A DNA stretch of 64,000 bases from Phoronis australis (lineage: Eukaryota > Animalia > Phoronida): NCBI GenBank assembly GCA_002633005.1, contig NMRA01000474.1, positions 248,001-312,000 on the forward strand. Direction: 5' to 3'. Position 1 is the stretch's first letter. Each line of letters begins with the position of its first letter. This document shows positions 37,895 to 51,700 of this stretch, in pieces. Below the pieces are notes generated by a model. It had not been told where the DNA came from, did not search any database, and saw only the letters and a list, made by a program, of their open reading frames with translations. The translations under genes and the position numbers were made by a program.

Positions 37895-39765
37895 ACAACC
37901 ACTCTTACTAACTTGAAAAACGGCACAACTAAATACCGGGCATTATAACTGTGTACCTACATACATGTAGGTACGTCTTCCGTTCGTCAAAAACCATGTC
38001 TGGAAGTTTTTGCTTGTTGTGGAGAACATTTTATATTGCGTTTTTTAGAAGCAGATGCACCGCTTTCTATCCGGAAATCCCGATTTCAAATTCATTTATT
38101 GTGCTTTTGTTTCCTAATTTTGACCGTGACAACTTTGCAAGAGCTGTTCAAAATAACACTGTCTCTTTACTATCAATATTTCTCAGAGTACTCTTTTTAT
38201 TAACATGAATAATCGTAAACTGTGTTACAATGCCTCTGCTTTACGGTAAAACACACTACATTCTTGTATCAGGGTCACTAATTCTTCGTTTCTAATACAG
38301 GGTTAATGGTCACGGTATCACACACTATATACATGTATTGGGATCACTAATTCTTACATGTACTTTCTGATAGTGGGTTAATGGTCACTACAGTACTTGC
38401 ATCCAGAGAGGATCATCTTTATGAAAATGTGTACATTGACTATTGAAGGCAGATGCTCCAGAAATATGAACAGGTGTTTACATATCTTTAATACTGTGCA
38501 CGTGCACATGTATTTACACAGAAATACCAATGGTGGATAAGCTGTAGATGACATGTCTCAACTAGATATCCTTAGAATACCAATAGCGACTAAGTCTGAA
38601 AGTGCAAAATAATGGCAACTTAATATATTAACAACACACATAACAAGATATCTTTACACACAAAAACAAGCCACAAAACATAATCCCAATACTCATCTAA
38701 AAGCAACTATGTTCAAAGTTAACATATTTTAGTATTGCATCGCCACCCTAGGTAGCCATCGCAATGACTTACAGTTGACCTATGCATTATGGGTACCCAC
38801 TCAATTATCGCCGCATGTTAAGAGGTTTCCAAGGCAACCCTGCAGACATTGGAAATTAAACAGCAAAAAAGACCAACACAGAGAAGTTCGGAAGTTCTGA
38901 TTTGTTAACATTTTCGTGATTTTTTTTAATCAGCAAAACTCATCTGGTGTTCTGAATTGATGAATGTAAGGTGTTTAAAAGAATATAAATCGTTTCTTTT
39001 CTCCGGTTGTTCTGACTGTACTATGATGGCAGAAATCCACTCACTCCACAAACTGACTTTGACATAGTGATAACGTTAGAGCTGTACATGGTTTGAAATA
39101 TAATTAAGACAATGGGAAGATATAACAGGCAACAACAGAATGAGCTAAAATACTGCAAACAATGTGATTACACCAGGAAAATGCAGTAATAGAACGTTGA
39201 GGCCATTCCAATTCTCAGTTGCCTAACTGTAGATCTACATGTAATGTGACATCATGGTGCGCTCAGAACTCAGTGTTCAGGCCATGTCCATGACCTGCAA
39301 CCAAACAGACAAGCTTCCATTTCCCCTTTTCTCATGCTGGTGATACATAAGTGGTACAATGCGGGGACTTTAGGCTCATCCTCGTCTTAGTAAAGTTTAA
39401 GCCGCCATCCAAATAAAAAACAGTCAACTACATTTGTGTTCGTTTCCTAATAGCACCATTGCAAGTGAAATGATAGCTCGACTGCCATATATGACGTTAC
39501 AAACAACATGTCTATACCTATGTCTATCTCTCAATAACTAAGTCTATACATATGTACATGCACGTGTAAGCTTTTGAATATTTACCAAACCCAGTCTACA
39601 CGGTTACAAACTTATTCGTAATTTTGTAAACCATACAGTATTCTGACTTTCCTCACTTAATTTCGAAAGGTTTGACCAATAGGTAATACACAGGGACTTG
39701 GTTTGACCAATAGGAAATACACAGGTTCTTGGACACTATAACAACTTGTTGTGGTAAAACAAGTT

Positions 39766-42700
39766 TCAACGTGGCCTTCCATTAGGGAAGATTTCGGTGC
39801 ACAATTGGCTATCACTGACGTTGATGTCGTCGTATATGGCCTCCATGCGGATTCCTTGTTCAACGGAACGAACGGCAATTTCATCAAAAGGCACAGTGTG
39901 GATGGGTGGCACATTCGGAAAAATAAATGTTTGCATTACGGCCACGCTGGCTTCATGTTTCTCGTCAGGCACGAAACCGGGACATCCGGAACTACCTTTA
40001 CCAAAGTTTGAACTGGTTTTGTAAAGTGCTCGGCGACCATCACCGAACTTCGGGAATACGTCAAACCCAAATCTAGCTTGAGACCATTGCTTTAATTCGT
40101 CATGCTGAAATAGACAAATGTCAAATATCTCTCCTAGATAATGAAGGAAAATTCTCTGAAAATCAATAAGACAATCAGAGGAAGCAATAGGTAGAAACAA
40201 AGACACTACCTTTGCTATGAACACCAAATCCTCTAGACTTGACATAAAGCTGAAGCCATGTATGACTGATTGTCAAAATGCAGAGCTAATCTTCAATTTG
40301 CGAAACATTATCTGTGTCTTTGTGACCCAGGGTTGCTCTATTGAAATTAGTTCAAGCTGAAACTGCAGGTATGAAAGGGATTGAAATTATAAAACAAACT
40401 ATTGTTCTGTGTAAATTGAGAGTCTGGTGAGGAATTCAATTGTTGATGGCATATCTTGGTCGCAATAGGCCTACCGTTCTGCGAAAGTCTCTTGGCTCCA
40501 TTTGCACAACACTGCAGCTGACATCAGCAACTTTGTTTTTCCCGTCAGGGTGACCAGCAAAGTGAAGTTGTGTTTCTTTGTTAAGCTTCTTAAACCTAGT
40601 AAGAGGAGGTGGTAGCGAATCCAACTTCTTGCAGCCGCTTACTGAGAGAGGAAGATCTGCTTGTAGGTCCAATTTTAAAACGGCCATGTCCAGATCATCG
40701 TTAGAGTACACTAGTGACCCCACACAGCTGCCAGCGGCTGGCCCAAGTCCCAGCAACGATGGTTTGTCGTAATAAAAGAGCACTGCACTGTTTCTGACTG
40801 CAACGAATAAGGTGACACGTGTACTTAAGTACTTTGTAACATGTAATGCTAACATTAACTAACTTGTGAAACATTTGAAAGTAATTTTGGTTTCAGATAA
40901 CAAGTTGAGTGGTTTTAAAAGTTAATTTTGAATGTTTGCTATTTTGGCGATTGATTATGGGACACTTCTTCAAAGTTCACAACGACGTCGTGTGCCAATA
41001 AACAACAAAGACGATTTTAGGAGGGGGGGGGGGGCAGGGGNNNNNNNNNNNNNNNNNNNNNNNNNNNNNNNNNNNNNNNNNNNNNNNNNNNNNNNNNNNN
41101 NNNNNNNNNNNNNNNNNNNNNNNNNNNNNNNNNNNNNNNNNNNNNNNNNNNNNNNNNNNNNNNNNNNNNNNNNNNNNNNNNNNNNNNNNNNNNNNNNNNN
41201 NNNNNNNNNNNNNNNNNNNNNNNNNNNNNNNNNNNNNNNNNNNNNNNNNNNNNNNNNNNNNNNNNNNNNNNNNNNNNNNNNNNNNNNNNNNNNNNNNNNN
41301 NNNNNNNNNNNNNNNNNNNNNNNNNNNNNNNNNNNNNNNNNNNNNNNNNNNNNNNNNNNNNNNNNNNNNNNNNNNNNNNNNNNNNNNNNNNNNNNNNNNN
41401 NNNNNNNNNNNNNNNNNNNNNNNNNNNNNNNNNNNNNNNNNNNNNNNNNNNNNNNNNNNNNNNNNNNNNNNNNNNNNNNNNNNNNNNNNNNNNNNNNNNN
41501 NNNNNNNNNNNNNNNNNNNNNNNNNNNNNNNNNNNNNNNNNNNNNNNNNNNNNNNNNNNNNNNNNNNNNNNNNNNNNNNNNNNNNNNNNNNNNNNNNNNN
41601 NNNNNNNNNNNNNNNNNNNNNNNNNNNNNNNNNNNNNNNNNNNNNNNNNNNNNNNNNNNNNNNNNNNNNNNNNNNNNNNNNNNNNNNNNNNNNNNNNNNN
41701 NNNNNNNNNNNNNNNNNNGGGGGGAAAGAAACTGGCCAATAGTGACGCAATATTTCATGGTGACGAAAGCCGACGCAGAGATAGCACCACAGCCTCATCA
41801 ACAGAAAAAACATAGAATGCCAATCCGCCATAATTGTCTAAACTTCACATATATTAAGCAAAACAACATACCAAAGCGACTATTTAAACCTGGAAGATAT
41901 ATTTTTCACCAAACAGTGTTTAACAGAAAGTGCGGGATTAGTGTTTTGGTGCAGGTTTCCTGTCCATTCCCGGGGTCCCTGGTTTAAATGCCAGAGTTCG
42001 AGTTTTTTCGGGTTGTATAGCCGTTTTGAAGGCACCTGTTTAATACCGAGTTACTGTCTTGACGGAACATCATGTTATTGTTATTAAATGAAATAAGACG
42101 GTCTCTATCACGGCCATACATATGAAAATAACCCGCAGTGACAAGTAATATCCACGAGCCTGATTTGAGGCAATCACGAAGTGTCAGTTATTCTAGACCA
42201 GCCTTAGATGGGATCAATTTCGTAAATGTTAAAGGTGACAAAAAGTTGTTTGTTACAGAAATAGCGAGTTTGTTGCGACGTTAAGGAACAGACGATTTCA
42301 CCTTTTGTCTTGAAAATATAATGACTGAGTAGGGTGTTCTTGTTTCATATCAAAAACAATAAAACATTTATTGATAATTTGAAGAACATGCAAAGTTTTT
42401 CAGAAACAGTAACAGCATGTTCAGGGAAAGCATTTAAACTTTCTTTGGGAATTTATCCGCGTTTTAGTCACGTCAAGCAGGTAATGTATTAAAGGTAGTG
42501 AGTTCGTAAAGTTTGCTTCTGCTCTTACGAAATTCCCGGCATTTTCGTACTATATCAAGCACGTGTTTAACTTAAACTAGGTTCCTAGACTTAAAATAGT
42601 AGTAGGTTTGACAAAGCGTTATTCAACCAACAGTTCACCAATAATGGTGCACGTGACACTTACGATCATCGCCCAGTTGTTCAGCAACGTGCTTATTGGT

Positions 42701-45700
42701 CATGACGTAGTCAGGGCCAACACGGAAACCTGAACCTGTGCCGGTTTGTCCAACAATCAGAGCTACTGATGAAAAGGCTGTTGACAAAGATGTGAGGAAA
42801 TGCGCCGACATCGTCTCTTTGTTCCAATCAAACGCCAGACCGAAACTACACTGGGTTGGCTCTTTTCTGGGACTTTGTACAGGAAAGTAGTCTGAAAGAA
42901 AAGAATTGTCAAATACCCTTTTCCAGTATCATCACTGACCTCTTCAGTTACACCAAAGTGATGTGCATGTCTCCGTTATATTGTGTCACAGGTGTAAATG
43001 TTAAAACCATCGAAACTTGTATTTAAGCTCAGGGAAATGTGCTACATCAAAGTCTTGCCTTCCCAAGTGGGCTTGCTTTACCATGTGAGACAAAAGCGAG
43101 TCAGGAAGTGGCGAGGAGATGATGTATTTGAAACCAATTTAAAAACGCTTTGCCATAAACAGACATCCAAAATCTTGACGAATAAACTGTAAAAAATACG
43201 TGGTGATCAAGTTGGATCCTGTTTTAGTGGCAGGGAACTGTACTTTGAATAGTGTAATTTAGCCTGTTTTTTGTTCGCCGACGACAATTTTACAGTGGAG
43301 CAGCCACGATTTAGAAACCACTGTGGCCTAGATTTAAAAACAAATGCGGTTCTTTTGCAATGCTGGGAAACTCCGGGTGTATTGAGATTGACTGGGAATG
43401 TGTAAGATGCAAATAAATCGACGTGGCGGTAGTTCTTACAGATTACATTGAGCTCCATTTATCTAACCTGTTGTAAGTAATTAGGTGATTGAGAACAGAG
43501 TGAGAAATAATATAATGCATTAGACAAAACGAGCTTTACATGTATTTGGCATGTCGTTGGCGGATTTATTTATCAAACCTGAACTACATGAAGGCATTGG
43601 TAAGCACCGAGTCAGAGCACGTTACGTGCATCTCATAAGTATTGTTTGACCAATGGGCATTCTGCATAGGCAGATTTAGAGGGGGAAAGGGGCAGGGGGC
43701 CCGCCCCCTTGGCTGACGCAGAAAAAATAAAACAGCAAGAGCGTGACGAAATATTGAGTTCATTAAATAACGTGGTAATTAACCTGGGGCTGAAACAACA
43801 TTTTGATGTGTTGAGGGTTCCCCGTTTTTTAGTCCCCCAATTTGATTCTTAGCAGAACCTCCGCTTACCCGAAAGTTTGAGCCCACCCACCCCTGGTTGC
43901 GCGCATGCAATCGTGCTTTGCGCGGTTGCCCCAGACAACATGTTGATATACCAGATCCGCCACTGTTCTGATATGTACAATGAAGCTACATTCACTACAA
44001 CACCATGTATCTGAACTCGATAGACACTCAGTCTTATACAGCTGAATGTTTAGACCTAGAACAGTGAGCAATACCATATTAGAATGCAGCCGGTGAACAA
44101 GCAAAATTGATTCATGTAGCAGTGTTTACCAGTGACACAATATCCCGCTAGATGTAAGTGGTATCACATATTGTATCAACTTATTCAATACACACTAACT
44201 GAATGTATGAAATCAACATCTCATTTAGAGCATTAGGTGAATAGTACCGGCAAAACTATGTGTATGAATCACACCGATAACAATTCATAAATAATCTTAC
44301 ATTCCTACGTGGCCAATAAAAGTCAAATTTGAAGATGATTGAAATTTTCTCTCAGTTAATGATTGTTCTGCTACTAAAGGAAAATGTTATCGCAAAAAAC
44401 GTAGTTCCAAAATAAAAGCGGTATGTTATCACCATAAAGTTAGGTTCTACTATTGCAGGTCAAGAGTTTAAAGCCAGTATTTACGATTATACTTCATATA
44501 CCTGATGGTCTGACGTCAACACCCAGAATTCCCAGTTCATTTTTGTCTCCTTGGTGTGCTTGTATATTTATATCTACATCCCCTTTGGGCACTGTTGCCC
44601 CGGAGGACTCGAAGTAATAAGCAAGATATCTTCCAAGGCTAAAGTGCGGGTCAGCACTGGACCTGTTTTTGGCTTCAGCACCCTCAGCAGAACTCGCACG
44701 TTGGTTTTCCTGTCTTTGCTTCATTTGAATCTATACCCAAGTCAAAAACGACACAACCGCATTAACTAATTTATTTTATAACTGATGATGCTACTCTCTG
44801 CTCTGAACATCTATGTAATTCCTGAGTTAGCAATGGATAAAATGTAAATAAAAAACATGGTATTATTAAAAAATTATTAACAAACATGGTCACTTGACGA
44901 GTATCGTTTTCATCAGGTAAATAATGATTATTTAAAGAGTATTCAATGGTTAACAACACACATCCGTTTGAACCTAATTCTCAAGACAAAACTGACAAGT
45001 TATACTGTACCTCAAGGAACCCCTTTAAGGTTTTAATATTTTCGGCGGCGGTCTTGTCAAAAAACACGCTACATTCTCTTCCACAAACATCATAAGCTGT
45101 TTCGCCTTCCTGAAAATTAACAAAATAGAGGTAAAGAATTAAAAAGTACATATAATTTTTCAGAAAACACGCAAAATGAGCATTTTTTTGATCTCGTGGT
45201 TCTTGGATTCCGGCATGTTTCCGTCTGTATTTGTTCAGGGTCAAAATTTTAACCAAGTTTCAACGTGTGCCTCTTCTTTTCTCAAGAGTTACAGTTAATC
45301 TGGGTATAGGTCTTGACTTGGTGTGGTCGAATAGTGACACTCAGTGTCAGTTGTTTTACACCTGCGTCTGCGTTGCCTCTGTAAATGTTGGAAGAAGTGT
45401 CTCATTTCAAAGAACATTATACACGTGTTAGATGGGGTTCCAGTCGGGAGGTGTACTCCATAGGATTAGCAAACTGAGGTATGAACTTGTTAGATGGGGT
45501 TCCAGTAGAGAGGTGTACTCCATGGGATTAGCAAACTGAGGTATGAACGTGTTAGATGGGGTTCCAGTCGGGAGGTGTACTCCATAGGATTAGCAAACTG
45601 AGGTATGAACTTGCTGACAACTTGTCCAGGACATCTTTCACTGTAGTCTACTGAGATGACATCAAAAGGCAGCATAAACTGACTGGGGTGCGGATGTCAC

Positions 45701-48700
45701 CATGGCGACCACGTGGTAAAAATGCTTTTATTTTTTGTTCAAACATTGACTTTTACCAATATTTGAACTCTCGCGTACATGTATACACGTAGATACTGTG
45801 CATTCCTGAACCTCCGTGGAAAACGGTTGGAAGTTACTTTAGACTTCTGTTGTTTACTGTCAGCTTGCATAATAACAACCTCCACCCAGCAGTAATGACC
45901 AACATCGTCCGATACAAATACATTTTTCATGGAAATTGTTAGGTACGCATCCAAAGTGTCTTCATGCTTCAAGGAAGGCTATTTACCGTGTTAAAGATGC
46001 GTGTTTGGGTAAAGGAAAAGGTATATAATCCTTAGCTATGGGGATTTAAACAGGTAATCAAATTTTCTAATAATTTATAACGCCCTTTTCCTTTATGGTC
46101 AGTACTTGGTTAACTAAATATTCATCACCTAATCAAATGACAACACCTAATGAATTACTGAATGTTGCACACAAAGCATCGTTAAAAGTACATTTCAACC
46201 CTAACAGACGTTAATGTAGAAAAGCGGACATGTTGAATATTAGATAACATTTTTTAAAATAAAGGAAATGGTTAAGTACCGAAAGGATTTGATGATTCTA
46301 TTACGTCAAACATTTGAGACCATAAATTGTAACGCGATTAAATATTTTTATTACAAAACATTTCCCATTGGCGATTGTTCCTGGTTTTACGCGTTTACTA
46401 AGTTTTAAGACTTCCTCATTCTCAGCAGAAAACATTATTTTCAAACTTGCTGAAGAATGATGCTAGGTCCAAGATCCGATAATCTCAAAATTTGAAACCA
46501 ACGAATTGCACTACTCACTACATCGTTGAAATGTTAACAAACTTGTCAAAATTATTACAATTTGGTTTATTTCCAGTTCAAATACAAAAACTAATGTTGA
46601 AAATCATGCCCCTTTCATCTTTTCTGGAGATATCAAAGTTTTTGTCCAAACATTTACTTTTTGGGGTGTTTTGATTTCCGTGGAATCGGTTGTCCAGCCG
46701 ACTTTTTTTACCAAAACGATAGTTGCATCAGGCGTTTGCTTCCTTGAGTCGTAGTAGTACCCGAAATAAGATGCTCTCATGAGAGGTGAACTTAATAAAT
46801 TATCGTCAGATTAAAATGTTTAAGAAATTTGGACCTTTGTAATTATGTCATCAGGTATCTCGTCTAAATCCACGTCACGCATAGTGGTCTTTAAGTTTAA
46901 CAAACTTTCTCATTCCAATCTACGACATAACGCGCTTTTAACCAAGTCCACCTATGAAGTCTTCGCAACATTTTTTTCCAAAAATAAATTACATTATTTT
47001 TTGAATCGGTGTTTTGTGTAAAACTATATCGATAGTCTTGTCATTGGGGATTTGTCTAATTCATATAATACATATATAGTATCTTTTCGAGTCCTATCAA
47101 GGCTAAACGTGGTTTTCACAGCCTCAGTCTTGGTTGTTTGCTGCAGCATGACTTGAGATTTATACAGGTTGGATAGATCGCAGATATATTTATATACATG
47201 TATTTCAAAGTGATCAACTATTGCTGTCGTTGTCGCTGTAGTTTCTCAAATGCGTATCCACATTTTCCATGAGGTGCAACGGTTCCTTTGTGTTTTGTCG
47301 TTTCCTATAAATTGTCCACGTTTTAGCTTACCTAGCAAACAAAATCAGAGCTCAAGGGTCTTTTCGTTATCTATTAATTATAGTTTCCCGCTTCAAAGCC
47401 ATGTCAGAAACCCTATTGTTAAGGCTAAATGTCCGTCGCTTTACATTTATCAAATGTGTAAGAACAGATTTATGCACACGTTTCCGTGGTCCTGTCAAAC
47501 GTTGTTAAAAGAAGTTGCCTATATATAGAAGATCCACTCACCAGAGTAATGCATTTTAAAAGGCTCCACAGTCTCACAAACACTGTACCATAGCTACAGT
47601 GTAACATACATGTGCAACGGATCTCGTTGTATACATCCGGTCAAAGCTAAAGGCGTCTCTCCAATGGCAGAAATGTATTTTCGGAACGATGTTAGAATTG
47701 TTCTTTGGACAGCAAAAAAATGGAAACAGATTAGGGATACTTGCACTCTGTAGTTGTAGTTCATTTCCAATATCTCAGATGAATTGATAAATAATCGAAC
47801 AAAATATCTATTAACTACTGCTCACAAAACTGAACAATATGGTCCAAATGCCGAGTTCTTTCAATCTCCAGTTTTGTCGTTTTCTGATAAGGTTCCACAT
47901 CACTTATTTAGGTTGTCATTATGCTGTTTCATAAAGGAGATGTTTGGACTGGTACGTTTGACATGGGTAATTTCTGATAACGTGGCCACCCACGCACATT
48001 AAGCGAAGACCAATTAAAATTTGCCAAACAGGCACTACGAAAAAATAAGAACGATGAGAAAATGTGTTAGCTTTTGAACAAACTGATGAATTACATTCTC
48101 AAGCTCAAGTTTTTGCAACTAACGGATAAAACTGATTGACACAACACGAAGATGTGATTTGAACGAAAATAAAATATGGGGTGATATAGAAAGCGTGTTG
48201 TGTTTCGGACAACTGAATACACCAACAGTCAGAAACAAATCAGATCGCATATTTATACACGTTTTATAAGAATCTGAAACAGACCCTGGATTTAGAGTGG
48301 ATCAGAAACGATCACTGTGCGCAAATTAGTCACACAGCGCTCTGCTTTTTCTGGGGTCTAACTTATGCAGACTTCTGGAACAGCGAAAACCGCACTTGTC
48401 TTTTCAAAAGGCTGGACTTTGACTAACTCACGCCCAACATTACTCCACCACAGAATATATCAAACAAAACATGGCAGGAACTTATTACACAGTAGTGCAA
48501 TTGCATTACAAACAAACCAAAAAATTACACGACTTTGAAATTTGGTTTTTAAAACAGTCGCTTTTTAAAGCAACCCTGACTAAAAAGTACTTGTAGGAAA
48601 ATCAAAATGTGTGCCTGTGTTGGGCGCCTTCCTCCGTGGTTGGTCTGTTTTTAGTTTGTGTACCGATTGTACGATCAGACGAGCAGCCTTGGTTTCGCTG

Positions 48701-51700
48701 CGTGTTCTGGGAAGGTACTTGCATTGAAGAAGTGACTCTATGTAACTCCAGTAAAGAGGTAGATCAGTTTTAATGAGATATTTATTATGAGTGAACAATT
48801 CCTCGAAATCAATATTCATTTAAAACACATTTATTGCAGCATTAACTAAACTTGGAGTACAACACTCTTGAGATACCTTGTTTACGGCAGTCACGTCGCA
48901 GCTGCCATTATGGACCAGCAGTTCCACGACTGCTGCCTGTCCTGTCTGGGAAGCTAGATGTACGGGTGTGTTTCCATCCTACAGTAAACGAACAAATATG
49001 ATAGAATGCTGGTCAGCATCATACATAGCAAAGTGGGTGCGTCAACAGAGAGTCACGCTTAACACCTTTCAGAACTTCGCCTTCAGTTGCATACTTACTG
49101 TATGAAGTGGGTGACTCAACAGAGCACGACTACAACTGACATTTAAACTCAGACAAAAATGAGCGCAATTTCCTAAATGCTGATCTGTTGTAGTCACGCG
49201 ACTGAAAAGATGATTTTAAATATCACAATTTGATGTTATATATTACAACAGAGCCACGATCATTTAGTGAGTGCTATGGTAATGCAAGTAAAGAACAAGT
49301 GCTCAATGTACAACTCCAGGTGAAGTGAAAACTGTTTCTAATAACATAATGTCACGAGCACGTCACGTCACGTGCGCGTCACTTCACGTGCCGTGAATTC
49401 AACGTTTACAAACAAAATTACAATTTGTGATTATTTAATTAAAACACCCAATAATTCAACCTCGTCACGTATTGTGTGTTCATCAACCTGTGTGTCGTTA
49501 ATTACCTGAGTACGGACATCCACTGTAGCGTTGTGTTCCACAAGACACTTCACTATCTGTGTATAACCACACCCTGCTGCACAGTGCAGCGGTGTCCGGC
49601 CCACCTATGTAATATATAATGGAGATGTGTGAACGAACGATCAACGTTTAGAGCAAATTAACAAACACGGGGGAAAGTGAACTTGTAAGGTGACATAAAT
49701 GAAACATTACTGACCTCTCTAAGACGCAACAATACGTGTAATGATTTCAACAGGGAAATGTTGAGTTTAAGAACAAAACAACAGAGCGTGTTCAGTGTTC
49801 CGTCTCGTTACACGCTGATAACACACAGCAAGTAATTGTGCGCTGTAAAGTGTTGGACAATCAAAATAACGTAGAAAATATATCTGAAACTAAATGAGGC
49901 GATCCAGATCGTCTGAAGGAAATTATTGTTTGACGAAATGTAGAATATATATAGGTAAATAAAACAACAATAATGAATCAACTGAAATGTTCGGATGCAG
50001 CTTTGACAGTTCTCTGTTGGAAAGCAGACGACATTTATTTTGACATTGTTTAAAGACATAAAATTGTGAAAAATATCAACAAAATTTGTTCTTCAATAGT
50101 TTTAATCATCTCTTGTGTAAACAACTAATTCAACCAAACAACCTGTGTGTCATTAATTACCTGAGTACGGACATCCACTGTAGCGTTGTGTTCCACAAGA
50201 CACTTCACTGTCTGTGTATGACCACACCGTGCTGCCCAGTGCAGCGGTGTCCAGCCCCTCTATGTAATATATAATGGAGATGTGTGAATGGACGATCAAC
50301 GTTTAGAGCAAACTAACATACACGGGGGAAAGTGAACTTGTAAGGTGACATAAATGACACATTACTGACCTCTCTAAGACGCTACAATACTTGTAATGAT
50401 TTCAACAGGGAAATGTTGAGTTTAAGAGCAAAACAACAGAGCCTGTTCTGTGTTCCCTGTCTCGTTACAGGCCGGTAACACACAGCAAGTAATTGTGCGC
50501 TGTAAAGTGTTGGACAATCAAAATAACGTAGAAAATAAATCTGAAACTAAATGAGGCGATCCAGATCGACTGAAGAAAACTATTGTTTGACGAAATGTAG
50601 AATATATATAGGTAAATAAAACAACAATAATGGATCAACTGAAATGTTCAGGTGCAGCTTTGGCAGTTCTCTGTTGGAAAGCAGACGATATTTATTTTGA
50701 CATTGTTTAAAGACATAAAATTGTGAAAAATATCAACAAAATTTGTTCTTCAATAGTTTTAATCATCTCTTGTGTAAACAACTAGTTCAACTAAACAACC
50801 TGTGTGTCATTAATTACCTGATCACGGATATCCACTGTAGCGTTGTGTTCCACAAGACACTTCACTATCTGTGTATGACCACTCCATGCTGCACTGTGCA
50901 GCGGTGTGAAGCCCCACACCTATGTAATATATAATGGAGACGTGTGAATGGACGATCAACGTTTAGAGCAAACTAACATACACGGGGCAAAGTAAACTTG
51001 TAAGGTGACATAAATGAAACATTACTGACCCCTCTAAGACGCTACAATACTTGTAATGATCACTCAAGTTTTACAGGTGATTTTAAAACCTTGAAGTAAG
51101 AACAGAACATGGTGTAGAAGACAACTGCCAGAAATTACTGAGCGCCGCCATAACTTCACAGTGACCCCTCCATGTTGTGTTCATACACCGGTTTAATGGC
51201 TTCCTGTTCAATATAAAGTTGTAATGTTGAATGGACGCTTACCATTAAGAATAGAAAAATATCAACGTTAAGTCGCCAAATATATTGTTGACACAATTCA
51301 AACCTCACTGTTTCTTAAGATGCATGTACCGGGTACAGATTGAAAATACATGTCGAAATCTTGAGAAATAAAAAGTGTATATACACACAACATGTTTAGT
51401 TAAACTTCAGATAGTTTACAGCTTTGTAACAAAGATATCACTGTCTTAATTATAAAATCGTCTCAAGTAGTTTCTATTACCCCGTCTTGCTTGTTGACGA
51501 TAGCGCCTGCTTCACACAAAACACGCGCCACCTCTGTATGTCCCAGCCCTGCTGCACTGTGTAGTGTTGTCCAGCCCTGCAGAAACAATGAACAAGTTAT
51601 AGCAAACTTCACAATCATTAACTTCACCGTGAATCTTAATTACTCATCATGGAAACGTTGAAATAACACATTTGCACACAAAATTACTAAATCTACTCTC

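Noticed and set aside
40932-41987. Long ORFs of 240-351 aa in the ORF track
   Set aside because: Artefacts of translating through the N gap. The flanking protease exons join in frame without needing an exon in the gap.
45426-45612. Regular repeats superficially like a CRISPR array
   Set aside because: Head-to-tail units with no unique spacers, in a eukaryotic intron, with no cas genes.
46712-46790. Minus-strand SPLMRASYFG, ankyrin-like
   Set aside because: Lies in repeat-like sequence with a weak acceptor and the wrong phase. The neighbouring exons already join cleanly (VNK|EGETAYD).
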